A DNA stretch of 62,732 nucleotides, filler included, from Rhabdomonas costata (Eukaryota), in assembly GCA_019059605.1 (NCBI GenBank). It is 17 parts of 17 records of this genome, joined end to end, with 100 filler letters (N's around TTAATTAATTAA, not from the genome) between each part and the next. Parts side by side here need not be neighbours in the genome. Positions count along the whole stretch, not along the records: positions 37,039 to 40,627 come from JAHMHO010000694.1; positions 40,728 to 44,318 come from JAHMHO010000695.1; positions 44,419 to 48,008 come from JAHMHO010000696.1; positions 48,109 to 51,686 come from JAHMHO010000697.1; positions 51,787 to 55,367 come from JAHMHO010000698.1; 12 more parts are not named here. The stretch is one strand, 5' to 3'. The stretch's first letter is position 1. Each line of letters opens with the position of its first letter. A program made the translations under genes and the position numbers. The notes under the pieces were generated by a model. The model was given only the letters and a program-made list of their open reading frames with translations. It ran no database searches and was not told the origin of the DNA. Positions 40,001 to 53,088 of this stretch are shown here, piece by piece.

Positions 40001-40627
40001 CTTGAGGACGTAGCCCGGTCTTATCCTCGATACAGTTGTTTGATTGACTGCGGTGCTCTGGTGACTGGATTTAAGAATGCTGAAGTTGCCTCGATTTTGC
40101 TGCAGCATGGGGAAATGGCCGGTGTTGTTTTTCTTGATGAAAAGGATGAACTTGTGATCTTGATGCGGTCGACTGGGCGTGTTTTGGCTCTGGAAGCAAG
40201 CGGGGTACCTGTCGAGCAGCGCTTTACGTTTTACGATCAGGTTCACACCGTCGGTATTGACGTCAAGCAACCCGCCAACGCAACCGCTGCAATCACTGTG
40301 TCTGCAAAGACGACTCTTCGAGATTATGCTCAGGCAGCGTGGAGGATGCGGCAGATAGGTCGGGGTCAGAGACTTGTGCTCCTACAGACCCCAGAGGTTG
40401 CTCACTTAGTTGCGAAGCACACTAGGCCCTTAGCTTTTGATCATGACGCATGCATCCGAATGGGTTGCTCTTTTGAGCTTGTCAGAGTGGTGGCTTGGTT
40501 GATTCTAAACACTATTAAGCACGAAGAGCCGCAGTACCGTCTGCTGCAGATGCAAAACGTCGAGGGACTATTTCGCCGTGAAAGTGTTCAGAATCAACCA
40601 AGCCACCACTCTGACAAGCTCAAAAAA
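37040..40627 (+). CDS. Large DUF3638-type SF2 helicase-like P-loop NTPase; intronless, open at both ends (~1195 aa)
   Basis: FLLFEF..NMILWDRQ, QMIMGAGKTTVV.PLL (Walker A, 38381), IMDEADSLLHPLRSELNYPIG (Walker B), AIPF.GKD.PS, GFTGTP, LIDCGALVTG, FYDQVHTVGIDVKQ, DYAQAAWRMR. Confidence 0.85.
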
Positions 40628-42744
40628 NNNNNNNNNNNNNNNNNNNNNNNNNNNNNNNNNNNNNNNNNNNNTTAATTAATTAANNNNNNNNNNNNNNNNN
40701 NNNNNNNNNNNNNNNNNNNNNNNNNNNGGTGTGGTTTCTTGCATTCATCTTTTGCCGTGCCTGAATCACCGCACGGCAAAAGATGAATGCAAGAAACAAC
40801 AGGGTTCCAAAAAGATATCCTATCCAACGAAGCAGCGTGAAGGCGGTTAGGGCGGAGCCGGGGATTACCATGGAAACCAATAGTGATTACAATTGGGAGG
40901 AAAATGGAAGAAGAACCAAAGTTTAACACACCCAGGATTCTGGGCATAACCATGCTCCCCAACATCCCCAACTCCCCCTGCAATGCCTTCCGTGTACATC
41001 GCCCGCTAAAATCCTGCTGCCGCTGTCTCTGCCATGAGATACGTTTTCTTCCACATTGTAAAGGCTGCTGGTCCTCAGTCATCATCAGTGATTATTGCCG
41101 CCCTGCCTTACTGGCGTTAAGTTAACGGAGCTCTCTAGACGAACCAAAAGGGATCCTCTCCCGAGTAACTTCACAACAGAGCACAAACCCAGCTGCCCCA
41201 TCCCCATGCATAAATCCAGTCCAGCGGGTAATCTTCCTGAGCGAACAAAGAAAGAAGAGAAAGGCATGAGAAGCGAAACTTGTCGCTGGCACACTGGGAA
41301 ACAGGCCTGCGGAGTTTAAAAACGGAACCCGTTCCGCCTGCACCCTGCCCCTCCAACCGCGCTCCCATCCTCCGTCGGATCACTCGCTTCTGTCTGACTT
41401 CAAACATGCGATTGTAATCGCCTCTGCCCATTCATCAATCAATGATTTTTTTGCCGACCAGTGGAACAGCACCCTGGTTAGTTAGACATAAAGTTTTGTC
41501 TTCGGGGTCTGATTTACGGAGGCTTTCCATGCGTATCGGACCCCGGCACCAGTCCATGTGCCTTCGTGAAGGTTATTTCGGAGGTTATGTCACACCGATC
41601 TGCGACTTCCATACCCTACAGCAACAAGTGCCCCACCCACCCCTAGGGTCACTGGTGGCCAAGAGTGGTTCCCGTGGAAACGGATGACCATGTCCGAACC
41701 ACAAGGGGAAGGTATGCACCGGCTTCTCATCGCATCAGTTCATGCGACACAGCCGGACTGTGAGGGGTTCCGAAACAATAAGCAACTCGGTGTGCGAGAA
41801 AAGCCGTACTGACATCGAGAAACCAGGAACAACACTTGCCCACTCCCATTAGTTTGCCAATTGATCGCGGGTTATGCCTCCAAACGCAGTGCACCTCCAA
41901 CACAAAGCCATGGAAGGGCTTGGCTGTGGCAAGGTCCGCGTCGCGCGCGAAGCGAAACCGTAGCGGCATCAAGGTAGAGCTCTGATGATAAAACCAATAC
42001 CAGTTGCCGACCTATAGGATGCTGCAATGAGACCAAGTCAATGCTTGCGTCCTTCCTCCCCATGTGGCATTGTTAATCGAGCTCTTGCTGCTTGTGTTTA
42101 AGACATTCCGCGACAATGCCACGCTCGTTCCCTGCTGTTGCGCACGCTCTGCTCAACCGCTACATACGGGGGCACAGTCGTTCACTGGATCCGATCTCAA
42201 GCACTTTTCGCCCATAAAAAACGAATCGGGTGCCAATGGGGGACAAAATGGCTTCCAAGAAATAGCCAAACATGGACGGACCCATGGCATGGGGGAGTTT
42301 CAGAAACACTCAAAGGGGGAAAACTCAGAACCATATAAAGACAGAACTCTCATGCCGAACTTCAGGCCCTTCTGAAGCCACTGCTGCATACGCCTAATCG
42401 CCGAAGGCCTACAAGCCTCCCAGCCTCCCAGCCCTGCATTCCTGCCTGAAATGGGCTTCATCTTGGAGTGTGCTTCTCGACTGCAATACACGTTTGTTCG
42501 AGTGAATGATCTTCGATGAAAAGGCGCTCAATGGCTATTGCATGGCATTAATGCTGTCCCAATACGAACCAGTTTTAGTGTGGTTACTATTTCCCAAAGG
42601 TAGGCCCTGAAATAAAAAACATGCAGACACAGTGCATGCCAAAAACTTGGGCTCCTCCAAACATGCTGGTAATTCATCACTGACGAGGAAAGTCATTCAT
42701 TCACACACCACAACCCCACATTGGGCACAAGCACAATGTACATA

Positions 42745-42930
42745 CCCGACGTGATGGTTCGCAAACATGGCTGTCGCTGTAATAGCGGATCAGAAATCGA
42801 CCGTCACTGTGGATGACGACACTGCCCACTTTGGGAGCTTTCACGGCAGAGTCCCTGTATGACTTACCTGAAGGTGAGGTGACCCTGGCCACGGAGTCAA
42901 TCTCCCCCGACGGCGACACAGCTACCGCAA
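42745..42930 (-). CDS. Probable internal exon of an unidentified gene
   Basis: ttccttcag|...VAVAVSPSGEIDSVARVTSPSGKSYRDSAVKAPKVGSVVIHSDGRFLIRYYSD...|gtatgt. Confidence 0.35.
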
Positions 42931-44555
42931 CCTGAAGGAACGTAAGGAGTGCGTGAGGAGCGGTGCATCAGCAATGTGCATTCCGAAACTCCTTGTGTTC
43001 CCTCCTTTCCCTCCTCGACAGAGCTGCCGTTGCAACAGCGACATTTCTTCTAGTGCGCTGTACTGCAGTTCAAGACCACTCATGGGCGTTGTGCGTAATT
43101 CCACTCCAGCGGAGTTTCGACGGTTTGCAGAATCCTGAAGGGTCGTCCTGGAAAAACAGCGCGACGGTTTTGGAATGTGGCGATATCCGGTCAATGTCGT
43201 GGCAGCAACGATACGCGAAAATAACAAGCGTACAGTAGATCAGAGAAAAAAAGAAGAGGAGGCGGGGATCAAGTGCTGGGGGAAGAGGAAGATTTTGGGA
43301 CAAAAGGGGAAGAGCTTAAGGAATGAGAGAGAGGAGCGGTGATTGTTGGGTGAAGAGACATGGGACTTTTTGAGGAGTCACGCGTATTAGTGCCGGTAGG
43401 GTCTACTGTTGCGTCCAATGTAAAAACAAAAGGGTGTGCTGGAAAGAGGCGCGTTTAGAAAGAGGGACGTGAAACACAGTGGAGAAAGTGGCGCGGGGAG
43501 GGGGTGCACAAGCCCGCTGCTACACTGTGGGAGGGGGGGGTAGGCACCCCGTGACTTGCAGGATCCAGCAAACCCTATCAGCGCACTGCCTTCCACCACA
43601 CATGTTGCACACCAAGGAGCCACTGCTCTCCACCTGATTGGCGCCGAGGAACGCTTTCCAAAACACGTCCGGGCTCCACTGCAGAAGGCCTTCATCAAAG
43701 GAGCTCCCACTTCCCGGGAACATGGCTCCAAAATGACCTCGCAAAATCAGGGCGACAGAACCATAGTCGAATACCTCCAGGACGACTTCGGTGAAAGGAG
43801 AGACGATATGCTCCCCTGGATGAGCGCACCGCACTCCACGACATGCACAAGCACAAGCTGTACCCAAACAATATATAGCTGGCTCCTTGCTCTCTCCGAG
43901 CTGCAATCCCACCGTAAATCCTTTTGGCTGTTCTTATTTGGGCAGCTAAAAAAATTTAGAGTGCAACGCGGAGAGCTTTCCAGGACGGACCGTGCACTGA
44001 GGCTCCAGCTGCAGCGTGAACTCAATGTACGAATGACAGCAAAGTTAGAGCCCGCCCACAATACTGTGAGCAGTTCCACGTCGTAATACCAAATAGGATG
44101 TGAAAGGGGAGCGGGAAGGCATGCCCATTTGTCCTTTCAGCGTCTCGCCGAGGGATATGCCCATTGTGATTGAAGGAGGATCTGAACAACAATAGCTGCG
44201 AAGCTGGCGTCGCAGCCGGTCGGCCGCCATTGCATCCAGTCGAGCGGACCCACCCACCAGTAACATCCTAGCCACCTCTCTCGGATGAAGGTAGCCCAAA
44301 CAAACCCTCCACACCACCNNNNNNNNNNNNNNNNNNNNNNNNNNNNNNNNNNNNNNNNNNNNTTAATTAATTAANNNNNNNNNNNNNNNNNNNNNNNNNN
44401 NNNNNNNNNNNNNNNNNNTGTTTAGTGCACAAGTTGAAAGATAGGAGGAAGGGCTCAAGGATTGAAACTGCTGGAAAGTTTGAGGATGCATCTTTCCATT
44501 CAAAAAGGCAGGCATTGCCGAAGATGATCAACTATCCTGCGCTTTTTCTCCTCAG

Positions 44556-47500
44556 GTAGATGACGTGGGACGGTGGAAGATGGACACCGCGGCAAACTCC
44601 AGCAAGTACACCCGCTTTGTTCAGGTTTACTGAGAAAGGCTCCTACTGGAATTCAGACGTTGGGCCCTATGCATCCGTTCAATTCCGGGTGCCCAATGTC
44701 TAAGCAAACGTGCACGCGTACACTACCACAGGGAGTAGCGCTCTGCGTGACTTTTTCCTTGAAGCTTGACTTCTAGCACAGTCTTGACAACCTAGGTGGT
44801 TTTTGCCCTCTTTGTGTCCGCTCGTAACCGTATCAACCTGGACCCGTCAGGGCCTGAGCTCAGAGGTTAGCGCTTAGGCACCAGAGCCAAACGCAGTTGG
44901 GTTTTTAGGCATCTTTGCGAGCAAGTTGGAGGCCATTCGGGGAGGAGCTTGCACTTGATTTTGCCTTCTGCCATTGTATGTGCAGAGTGGCCCCGTACGA
45001 GTAAAGAGTTCCGAGCTCAGAGTCGGGGACATCATTGTGGTGAATGCCAACCAAAGGGTTCCCGCAGACACCGTGTTGCTGAAGACCTCCGACGTTTCGG
45101 TGCCCCACTGCAGCACCAACACACAAGGGGAAGGGCAGAGAATAAGATGCGAAACTGTTTTGTTTTGCCCCCCCCCCCTGGACTCGGAATTTATGTGGGA
45201 CGTATGAAAGTACCCAAGACATCGTGGATATAGGCAGCCCCATCCCAGTGTCTCGCGTTTGGCTTTTGCTCTGGAACTACGTGTCGTGTTCAGCTATACC
45301 ATCAGTCTTTTGTGGACCCTGCACTTCTTCATCGCATACACATACAGTCTGTGAGTTGACCCATGGGACCCTGAGCCATTACTGAGAGAGACCAGCCGGG
45401 TGCTTCTTTGCTAATGCGTGGTATAAGATGTAAGCTGGGAGGTGGAGTCTGGGAAGTCGACTGCATGAACACGGCCGGGCGTGCATCATTCTCTCGTTGG
45501 GAAGCCGAAGTTTGAGCCGGCCAGCCGGCCTGAGTCCCGGGCTCGGTGAAGAACTGCCACTGGCCCAAGCTTACTTGCATCGTGGAATCTTGCACACTTT
45601 GGGTTGGGTTTACTGGCTTGACCTCCGGACCTCCGCGGCGAGAAATCCCAAAACTACAGGGCACGTGCTTCATCCGCACGGACCAGCTGGACGGGGAGAC
45701 GGACTGGAAGCTCCGCCGCGCCCCGAACCTTACTCAGAAGAAATCTAACACAGAGGCACGTGCCCCATCGACTTTTTGGGCTACTCTCTTTTCTTAAGAC
45801 GTTCATCGCCTGCAAAGGCATCTGCCGCATTGCTCCATGGTGTGCCAGATATAGAGATCTAATGGCTTCAGAACTCTTTTGTTCCTGTTGTAGGACAGTG
45901 TCCGCGTGTCCGAGTGATCTCCAGCAAGGTACTGAACCTTTATATGAGTTTGTGTGGTTTTGGTTCCATGTTTTTCATCTGTCGCCCGTTTGAGGGCCTT
46001 GTTTTTGGTTGGGTTCCATTCCATTGCTCATACCTGTGCTCTTTTTTTTCTCGATCGCTTTGAACAGTAATGATGCTGTGCGTTGTACTCGGTGTTTCTC
46101 CTGTCTCCCCACAGATCGCAGAGATGCAGGCCATGATTGAGGCGGAGGCGCCCCACAAGGAGATCTACGACTTCTCTGGTGCCGCCCCTCCTCCTCTCCT
46201 CATCCCTTTCTGCGCAGTATTTCCACCCACCTCTGCACCTCTTTTCACCTCTTTCTGTCTCTGTCTCTGCGTATGCCCCCACCTCCATGTTCCCCATGCC
46301 CCAAGATCTTTTTGCTGTGAGCTTTGTTAATTATGGGGGAGGGGTGGGGGATTCCGGAGCAAGCCCAATTTGCACCCGGGACCCTTGGTGACGTGGACTA
46401 TGTGTCCAGTCGTTTTTGCTGTTGCTGGCACGTGAATAGTGTCAGAACTGGTGCCCCAGCTCTCCAGGCCGCACACATTTTTCTCCCGTTAAGCACCCCC
46501 CCCCTCTCTCTCTCTCTCGCCAATTTCCACCTACAATCTCCAGCAGTTGCAGCCGCCTTGCCGCAAAGCAGACGGGCGACGGGAGAGGGTGTGTGTTGTG
46601 GGAGCTGACTGCACAGTCTGCTCACCCCGCGGGAGAACAAGTTTCCTCCTCCCGTATGTCAGAAATGTGGATGCGTCGAACCGTCGGACAACTGTAGCGA
46701 TAGCTCATGGGTTGCACTGAACGGAGGTCAAACCACAACCGTCACGTACCCCCACACACATACAGTGATACGCCTTCACCCAGTGATTCCCTTTGCATCC
46801 TGCCTCCTCAATGCACAGCGAACTTGATGTGTACGACCCCGCATGAGGACGTGGAGCCTCTCAGCCTCGAGAATACCCTGTGGTGCAACACTGTGGTCGC
46901 CACGGGTATTGGCGCACACACCATTTCACTGTGCTTCCTGTTCCACTTGCAGGCATTGTCGTCTATGTTGGCTTCCGTTCGGAATGGGGCACCCGGCGGG
47001 CAAGCACAGGAGATAAGGGTTTCGGTGTGGGACTTTGTTGATCTCCAATCTGCCTCACCATGCTTCCAAGACGCGCCAATACCTAACCTCTTTTTTTTTT
47101 GCAACCCTTGTTGCGGCTTTCTGTAATGGCAAAGATGGGGCTTTTTGCACCCTTTCAGGTTAGGGTGGGGCAATGCCGAGGTGGTGGTGGTGGGGTTATA
47201 GGTTCGGTTACTCTTGCCGTGGTGTATACGGGCTGCGAGACCCGAACCGCGCTCAACGCCAGTGCCCCTCCCTCGAAGATTGGCCTGCTGGACCTGGAGC
47301 TGAACTTCCTCTCCAAGGTCTTCCTCCCCCTGTCAAGGCTTTGATATTTTTTGTCTCACAGCGATTTTCTGCTGCGGATGTGTTGTGCAAGACCACGTTT
47401 CTGCTGTGCGTGAAAGGGCACCACCAGCTTAATCTCCTTTGAGGACGCTCTTGCCGTCGAACCACAGTGGGAAGGGAAGGAGGGTTAACCAAGAGAAGGA

Positions 47501-47765
47501 GGTGTGTGGTTTTTGTGAGAGTAGTCTGACAGAGCTGCATTGCCCCCCACCCCCTCTCCGCTCCTACTTCAGGTGCTGTTCGCGTTCATGCTACTTCTGG
47601 GGCTACTCCTGGTCGCCATGACGAATTTCAACGGGGTTTGGCCTGTGACGTGGTTCCGGTTCCTGCTGCTATTCTCATCAATCATCCCGATCAGCCTGCG
47701 GGTCAACCTGGACCTGGGCAAGGCGCTGCACTCATACATCATCCGCAGGGACCCCACCATTGCCG
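44556..47765 (+). CDS. NEO1: P4-type ATPase (phospholipid flippase), NEO1/ATP9 class, partial; 7 exons
   Basis: [10 protein letters not shown]...Y, LRVGDII....[96 protein letters not shown]. Confidence 0.95.
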
Positions 47766-49161
47766 GTGGACCCCACCCCACCCCTGTGTGTGGGAGAACT
47801 TCTTTTTTAGGGGGGCGGGGGGTGCGTCGGTTTGGTTCATTTCTTGGCTGACCATTGCCCGTCGAAATTTTTTGGTCTTCTTTGTCTAATTTCGATTTCT
47901 TTTTTCCCCGTCGTGAAAAAGCAGTTGATTCAGTCACCGGGGCGTATGCCAACCCGCCAAAATTCAGTTGTAGGAATTTGGTTGCCAGAGTTGCAAGGTG
48001 ACCATCAANNNNNNNNNNNNNNNNNNNNNNNNNNNNNNNNNNNNNNNNNNNNTTAATTAATTAANNNNNNNNNNNNNNNNNNNNNNNNNNNNNNNNNNNN
48101 NNNNNNNNTTGTTTGTTTTCATTTGAGTTCTGATTAACAGTAAGCCACGAAAGAATCACGCCAACCCTAACACCACTGCAACCACTGCTACCGCAGGAGA
48201 CATCAAAGAGGCAACGGTAACCGCGAGGCGCAGGTTGTGCCAAACATAATTGTGGGTGGGGACGATGTAGAGACGCATCAAAACGTGGCTCAGATACTGT
48301 CGGGAGGACTAAAGAATCGGGGAAGGAAGTGAAGTGGGGGGTGGGGCTGAGATAATTCCTTCGGAACCGCCGGTAAGGAGCCCACGGGGAGCTGGGCCTC
48401 GGCCCACGAGGCGCCAGAGAACACGGGGAAGGAAGGGAAGCAGGAGTCTTCAGTACCCCCGAACATAATATCACATGTCCGCAGATCCGTAGCTCTGCTC
48501 CCTTTTGGGAGAGTGGGTGATTTTTCACCTCTTGAAGTCACCCATCTCCAATGGCACACACACAGACACCTAACTGTGTGAACCTCTCTCTAACCCAACC
48601 CCGTCCCCCACACGCACACACATACCCACACCCACACACTCGCTCCATAATGATCGGCTTCCCTCGCCACATCTCAGCTCATCGGCGAGGCTCGGGCCTG
48701 CCCAGTGCAGAATTGCTGCAAAAGTAAACAGCATGGAGAAAACACATGGATATGGGTATAAGGGAGTGGGCTTTGAACTCTTCATCCCACTCCAGAAACT
48801 CATTTTACTTGGGCACCGAACCTCAGCTCACCTCAGAATTTGCAGCGCGGTGCAAAATGCAAAATGCAAAATCACGCTGCCCTCGAACTGTGGGTAGCTC
48901 GTGCGTAGCGCGAACATGCAAGATAGTGCCTAGATAAAGTATCTGGAGGTGTGGCGCTTATACACTCACGCTGCGCGAACATGCACGGAACTGGCACTAA
49001 AAACCGCACACAATGGTGAAGCAGAAGCCCAGGGTCTTTTCTGTGTGCAATCTCCTTCTCTCTAGGAGGAGAGGAGTGTTGGTCACCCTCGCGCCCTGCG
49101 GCTTTTCCCGAATCAAAACGAAGTGAGGTTTTAACCTATGCGAAAAACCGCAAAAATGTTC

Positions 49162-49221
49162 GTGTCTGTGTCTGTGTCTGTGTCTGTGTCTGTGTCTGTG
49201 TCTGTGTCTGTCTGTCTGTGT
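49162..49221. repeat. (GTGTCT)n hexanucleotide microsatellite
   Basis: About 8 perfect units downstream of the aldolase stop. Confidence 0.95.
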
Positions 49222-49434
49222 GAGACTATTTTTCCTGCAAAGTTTTCGAAGGTAAAAGTTTCAAGGGTACGTAGGTCGTTCAAGCCCCACGTTGGTATAT
49301 GGGTGGGGTATCTGATGCAAACGGTCCCGAACAAAAAATTGAAGACAATATTTTCGTACCCCCCCTTCATGAAAATTCTCTATTTTTTGGACCCCAAAGG
49401 ACACCGAAAATCCCCGCGCAGCGCCCTTGCTTGT

Positions 49435-51641
49435 TCAGAGAGACGGAGAGGTGGGGGTGGCGGGCCTGTAGTCTGGCTTGGGCGAGCGCCAGATCTTTTG
49501 CTTGTCCTGCGCCCGCATAAGGTCCAGGTAGCCCACCCCGTCCAGCCTCTTCCCGCTGGCCTCCCACGCCATGCTCGCCGCGGGGTGCTCGTTGCGCTCC
49601 CCGGCGATCAGGTAGGGGATGCTGGGCCCCCACAGCAGGGTCTCCGACAGGGGCTGCACGTGGGTCGCCATGACCTGTGCGGAGCCCATACCCAACCCAA
49701 ACCCAAACCAGCAGAGTTTGTGCTTTGCAGATGTGAAAGAAAGGGCTACGATAACAACAGAACAGCTCTTCATTCTCCGCTCCGAGTCGTGGCGCAAAAG
49801 CTCGTTGATTGCCAGGGTGCTCTCTTCCAGTGTTGGACCCAGTAACTTAGTCGGCCGTTTCGTGTGCTGTACACCCGTATCATGTGTATGCGCGCGAAAC
49901 TGCGTGGTTCTGTGTTTGCGTGTGCAGTGAAGAAAAATGCAGAGCACACGGAGCTATATATTGATGATTTACGAGAATCTTGGATCCATAGAAATATGTT
50001 TCCAATCTATCCCTGAAAACACTAGTTTTGAAATGCTGCGGTGACAGGTGACACGCGGGCAACTTGACCAAAGGTGCGAATAAAATAAAGATCGAAAATG
50101 AACTCTACTTGAAATGCGAGCTGCGTATGTATTCGGAAAGTATGCCTTTATTCGAAAAAGATGGAAACACAACCTCCAGGATGGGTCGCAGCTTGTACTT
50201 CGGGTTCTTCAAGAACACCAAAAGATTCTCCAGAGGGGTGTTGCCGGCGGCCCTTCCCAGGCCCATGATGCTGCCGTCGACCAAGTTGGCCCCTTCGCAG
50301 ATTGCCTGCACGCTATTTGCGAAGGCCATCTGCAGGTTGTTATGGCCGTGAAACCCGATGACACGGTCCGGGAGCTTCGACATGTACCGCCGCACCAGGA
50401 ACTCCACCTGGAAATTGGAGATGGGATGCGCAGGGCAGGCGTTGGAGCTTCAAACCAGTACAGAGCTCCAACTAGACACCACTGGTGCTCGAACAAAAAG
50501 CGTGGCAGGCAGCGTGGGGATAGCTGAAACAGGGGCAGCGAAATCCCGAAAAGTCCCGAAAAACAACCGGATGCAAAGAGAGGTTAGGAAGTTCTTTTAG
50601 GAAAGCTTTCTCTGGAAAAAACCTGGAAAGAGAAGGAGGAACGGGGGAGATTCTTGTATGAACCTCATTTCGAATTCATTCGAATTCGACAAAAGCACTG
50701 CAAATGCTCCCTCAGCAACTTTTCCACCACGAAAGCCTGGTCGCAAGCGTGCAGCTTTCGTGGAGCTTCCGTAGCAAGAATTGTGAAGAAACACAAACGG
50801 ATGTGCACGCATTCTGGTAAGTTCATTATCAATATGCAGGGGTTGGGTTACGATGAGACCAGTTTCCTAGCGGAAACTTTTGTTTTTCAGGGTAAGAACG
50901 GAAGCACCCACAACGGCCAAGAAACACGTAAGTCCACGGGTGACAGTTGCGCAGAGGGGCGCGGGCGGGCACGTGCCACACACAAAAAAAGTGAATCTAG
51001 AATGAGGTGGGTGGAAAAACAGCAGGGTGCTGGGCAGCCGAGGGAGAGTGGAACCACCACAGGAACAACCACAACCCCTGACTCCTCAACGGCGCGTTAG
51101 GGCGGTCAGTTCAAGGACCAAACCCCTTGTATAATTGTACGGCGACCATTCCATCTCACCACAACCGCTCCAAAACACAAAGTACTATTTTCGCCAACCC
51201 GGCCGCCGCTCCGCTAACCTTCGCCCCTAAACCTAAATGCTGTTCGGCCATATCCCAGTCATTGGCGGGTGCTTTACCACCGGTTACTCATTGAGCCGGG
51301 TAGAGGAGCGGGTAGAGGATGGGAGGAGAGGGGCCGGTTTGGTACGCTGTAACGGAGCACAAACATATATCATCAACAGAGTTTTGCGATGGGATCAGGT
51401 CATGTCATGGGATTCTACCCCAACACGCACCCCAAACCCAACGGCTGCGGGAGCCGGTAGGGGGCGAGCGAAGAGCGAAGGGGTGGAACGCGAGTGACCT
51501 GCTCGCAGTACAGGCTGCCGTAGCTATCGACGAGGTAGAAGGCATGGCAGCTGCACCGGCTGGCCACCCTGTCCAGGCAGCTGTCGATGTCCGCCCAGTT
51601 GATGCAGCTCACCGCCATCAGCATCACCGCAACCTCAAAGC
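49435..51641 (-). CDS. DRE-TIM metallolyase, 4-hydroxy-2-oxovalerate aldolase-like (HMGL-like), 5'-truncated. Exons 51641-51499, 50407-50174, 49674-49435
   Basis: GFEVAVMLMAVS...FYLVDSYGSLYCEQ|V...IGFHGHNNLQMAFANS...VDGSIMGLGRAAGNTPLENLL.FLKNPKYKLRPILE|...WGPSIPYLIAGERNEHP. HxH metal motif and GNxxxE motif present. Confidence 0.9.
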
Positions 51642-52777
51642 CTTTGGGTGTGCGCCCCAGCCCAGCACCACCACCAACACCCCACCNNNNNNNNNNNNNN
51701 NNNNNNNNNNNNNNNNNNNNNNNNNNNNNNTTAATTAATTAANNNNNNNNNNNNNNNNNNNNNNNNNNNNNNNNNNNNNNNNNNNNGGTTGAGTTTTCTG
51801 GCATCTTCGTAGCTCTTGCTGCGTCTTTACGCCCTGTAATGACATCTTTTGGTCTTGCTGGTAAGGCAAAACGTGATATTCATATGGCAGCCCTTCGGAA
51901 TCCCGGTCCAAAGGATAGAAGTAGATTTCTGGCTGGGGTTTAGGGCGCCATGCACGTGCGGGGGGTCTGGGCTCCGCCCCCCCCCCCCTTCCGGCACTTT
52001 CCTAGGGTTAGGGAGACTTCTCTTCCGTGCAGATACGTGGAAACCTCCCCAGAGACGCTGACCCATTTTTTTCACTCCTACTGTGTATTAAAAGTGGTTG
52101 CTTTCAGTGATTCCCTCCGATTTCTCATTGAACTTCCCTATGTCGGGATTCCGAAGGTATGCCATTCATATTAGTTGGGACACCGGCAGCACCCCAAGTG
52201 TGTCAACAGCTGTTTTCTTGTATCGAAGTTTCCTTCCTCTTCTGCCATTTAATTGTTGCCCTGGGTGGTCTATGTCCCTATCCGCTTTTTTGACTGATTT
52301 TACAATTGCCCCAGGTGAATTTTCGAAATGCAGGATTGATGAGACACTCAAATTCACAAATGTACTCTCTACTCATCACATGTTCTGTAAATCCCAGCAA
52401 TGTCTGCTTTTTGAAATAAGTGAGAAATCAGTGCAATTAGCCCCCATCAGCGGCCATCCACGTTTGGGATCATTTTAGATGCCATGATGAAGCCCAGAGA
52501 TGCAGCCAGATTTATTGCGCCCGCCCCCCCCCTCTTTGGTGTGTGATTCTGTGCTACCGTTTAGTATGCAGGCGTGCAAGCTGCTAAAAGTAAATTCAGG
52601 AGCCAAGAACCAAGAATCGCCCTCAACCAGTCACTTTAGCTCACATCGGGCCCTTGCCCCAGTAACTCCAGCCTCGGCTCTGGCGCCGAGCAATTACGGA
52701 GAGATCGGCGCTTCTGGACAACGCCCCAATATGACAAAAAGGAGGAATTCGTTTTGGCATTTCCCAGTTTCCTTTTA

Positions 52778-53088
52778 GATGACAAAAACGCCTGCAGGAT
52801 GTACGCCCTCGACGACACCATGCGTAGCCAACAGCCCACCCAAGAGCTCTTTGAAGCCTACCTCGCCCGTGCCCGAGGCCAGCCTGTCAGCACCCCAAAG
52901 GCAAAACCGCCTCGCTCCTGGACCTCTTCCGGGCCTTCCAACTCCACTGCAGAAGTGGGGGAGGCTACCCCAGCAGCAGCCTTGCCAGCCCTCAGTCCAG
53001 AGGCCTCGGCATCGCCAAGCCGGATGCTCGGGGAAAACTCAATGTTGAGGTTAAGGAAGGTAATGGATGCCTACCCCACTGGCTTGGA
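52778..53088 (+). CDS. Probable exon of a hypothetical protein
   Basis: ttttag|...RMYALDDTMRSQQPTQELFEAYLARARG...MLRLRKVMDAYPTGLE|gt; GC-rich codon pattern. Confidence 0.5.

Noticed and set aside
43387..44318. F-box-like start (WRVCLGYLHPREVARMLLV) and overlapping ORFs on both strands
   Set aside because: No consistent frame or splice structure; motif too weak.
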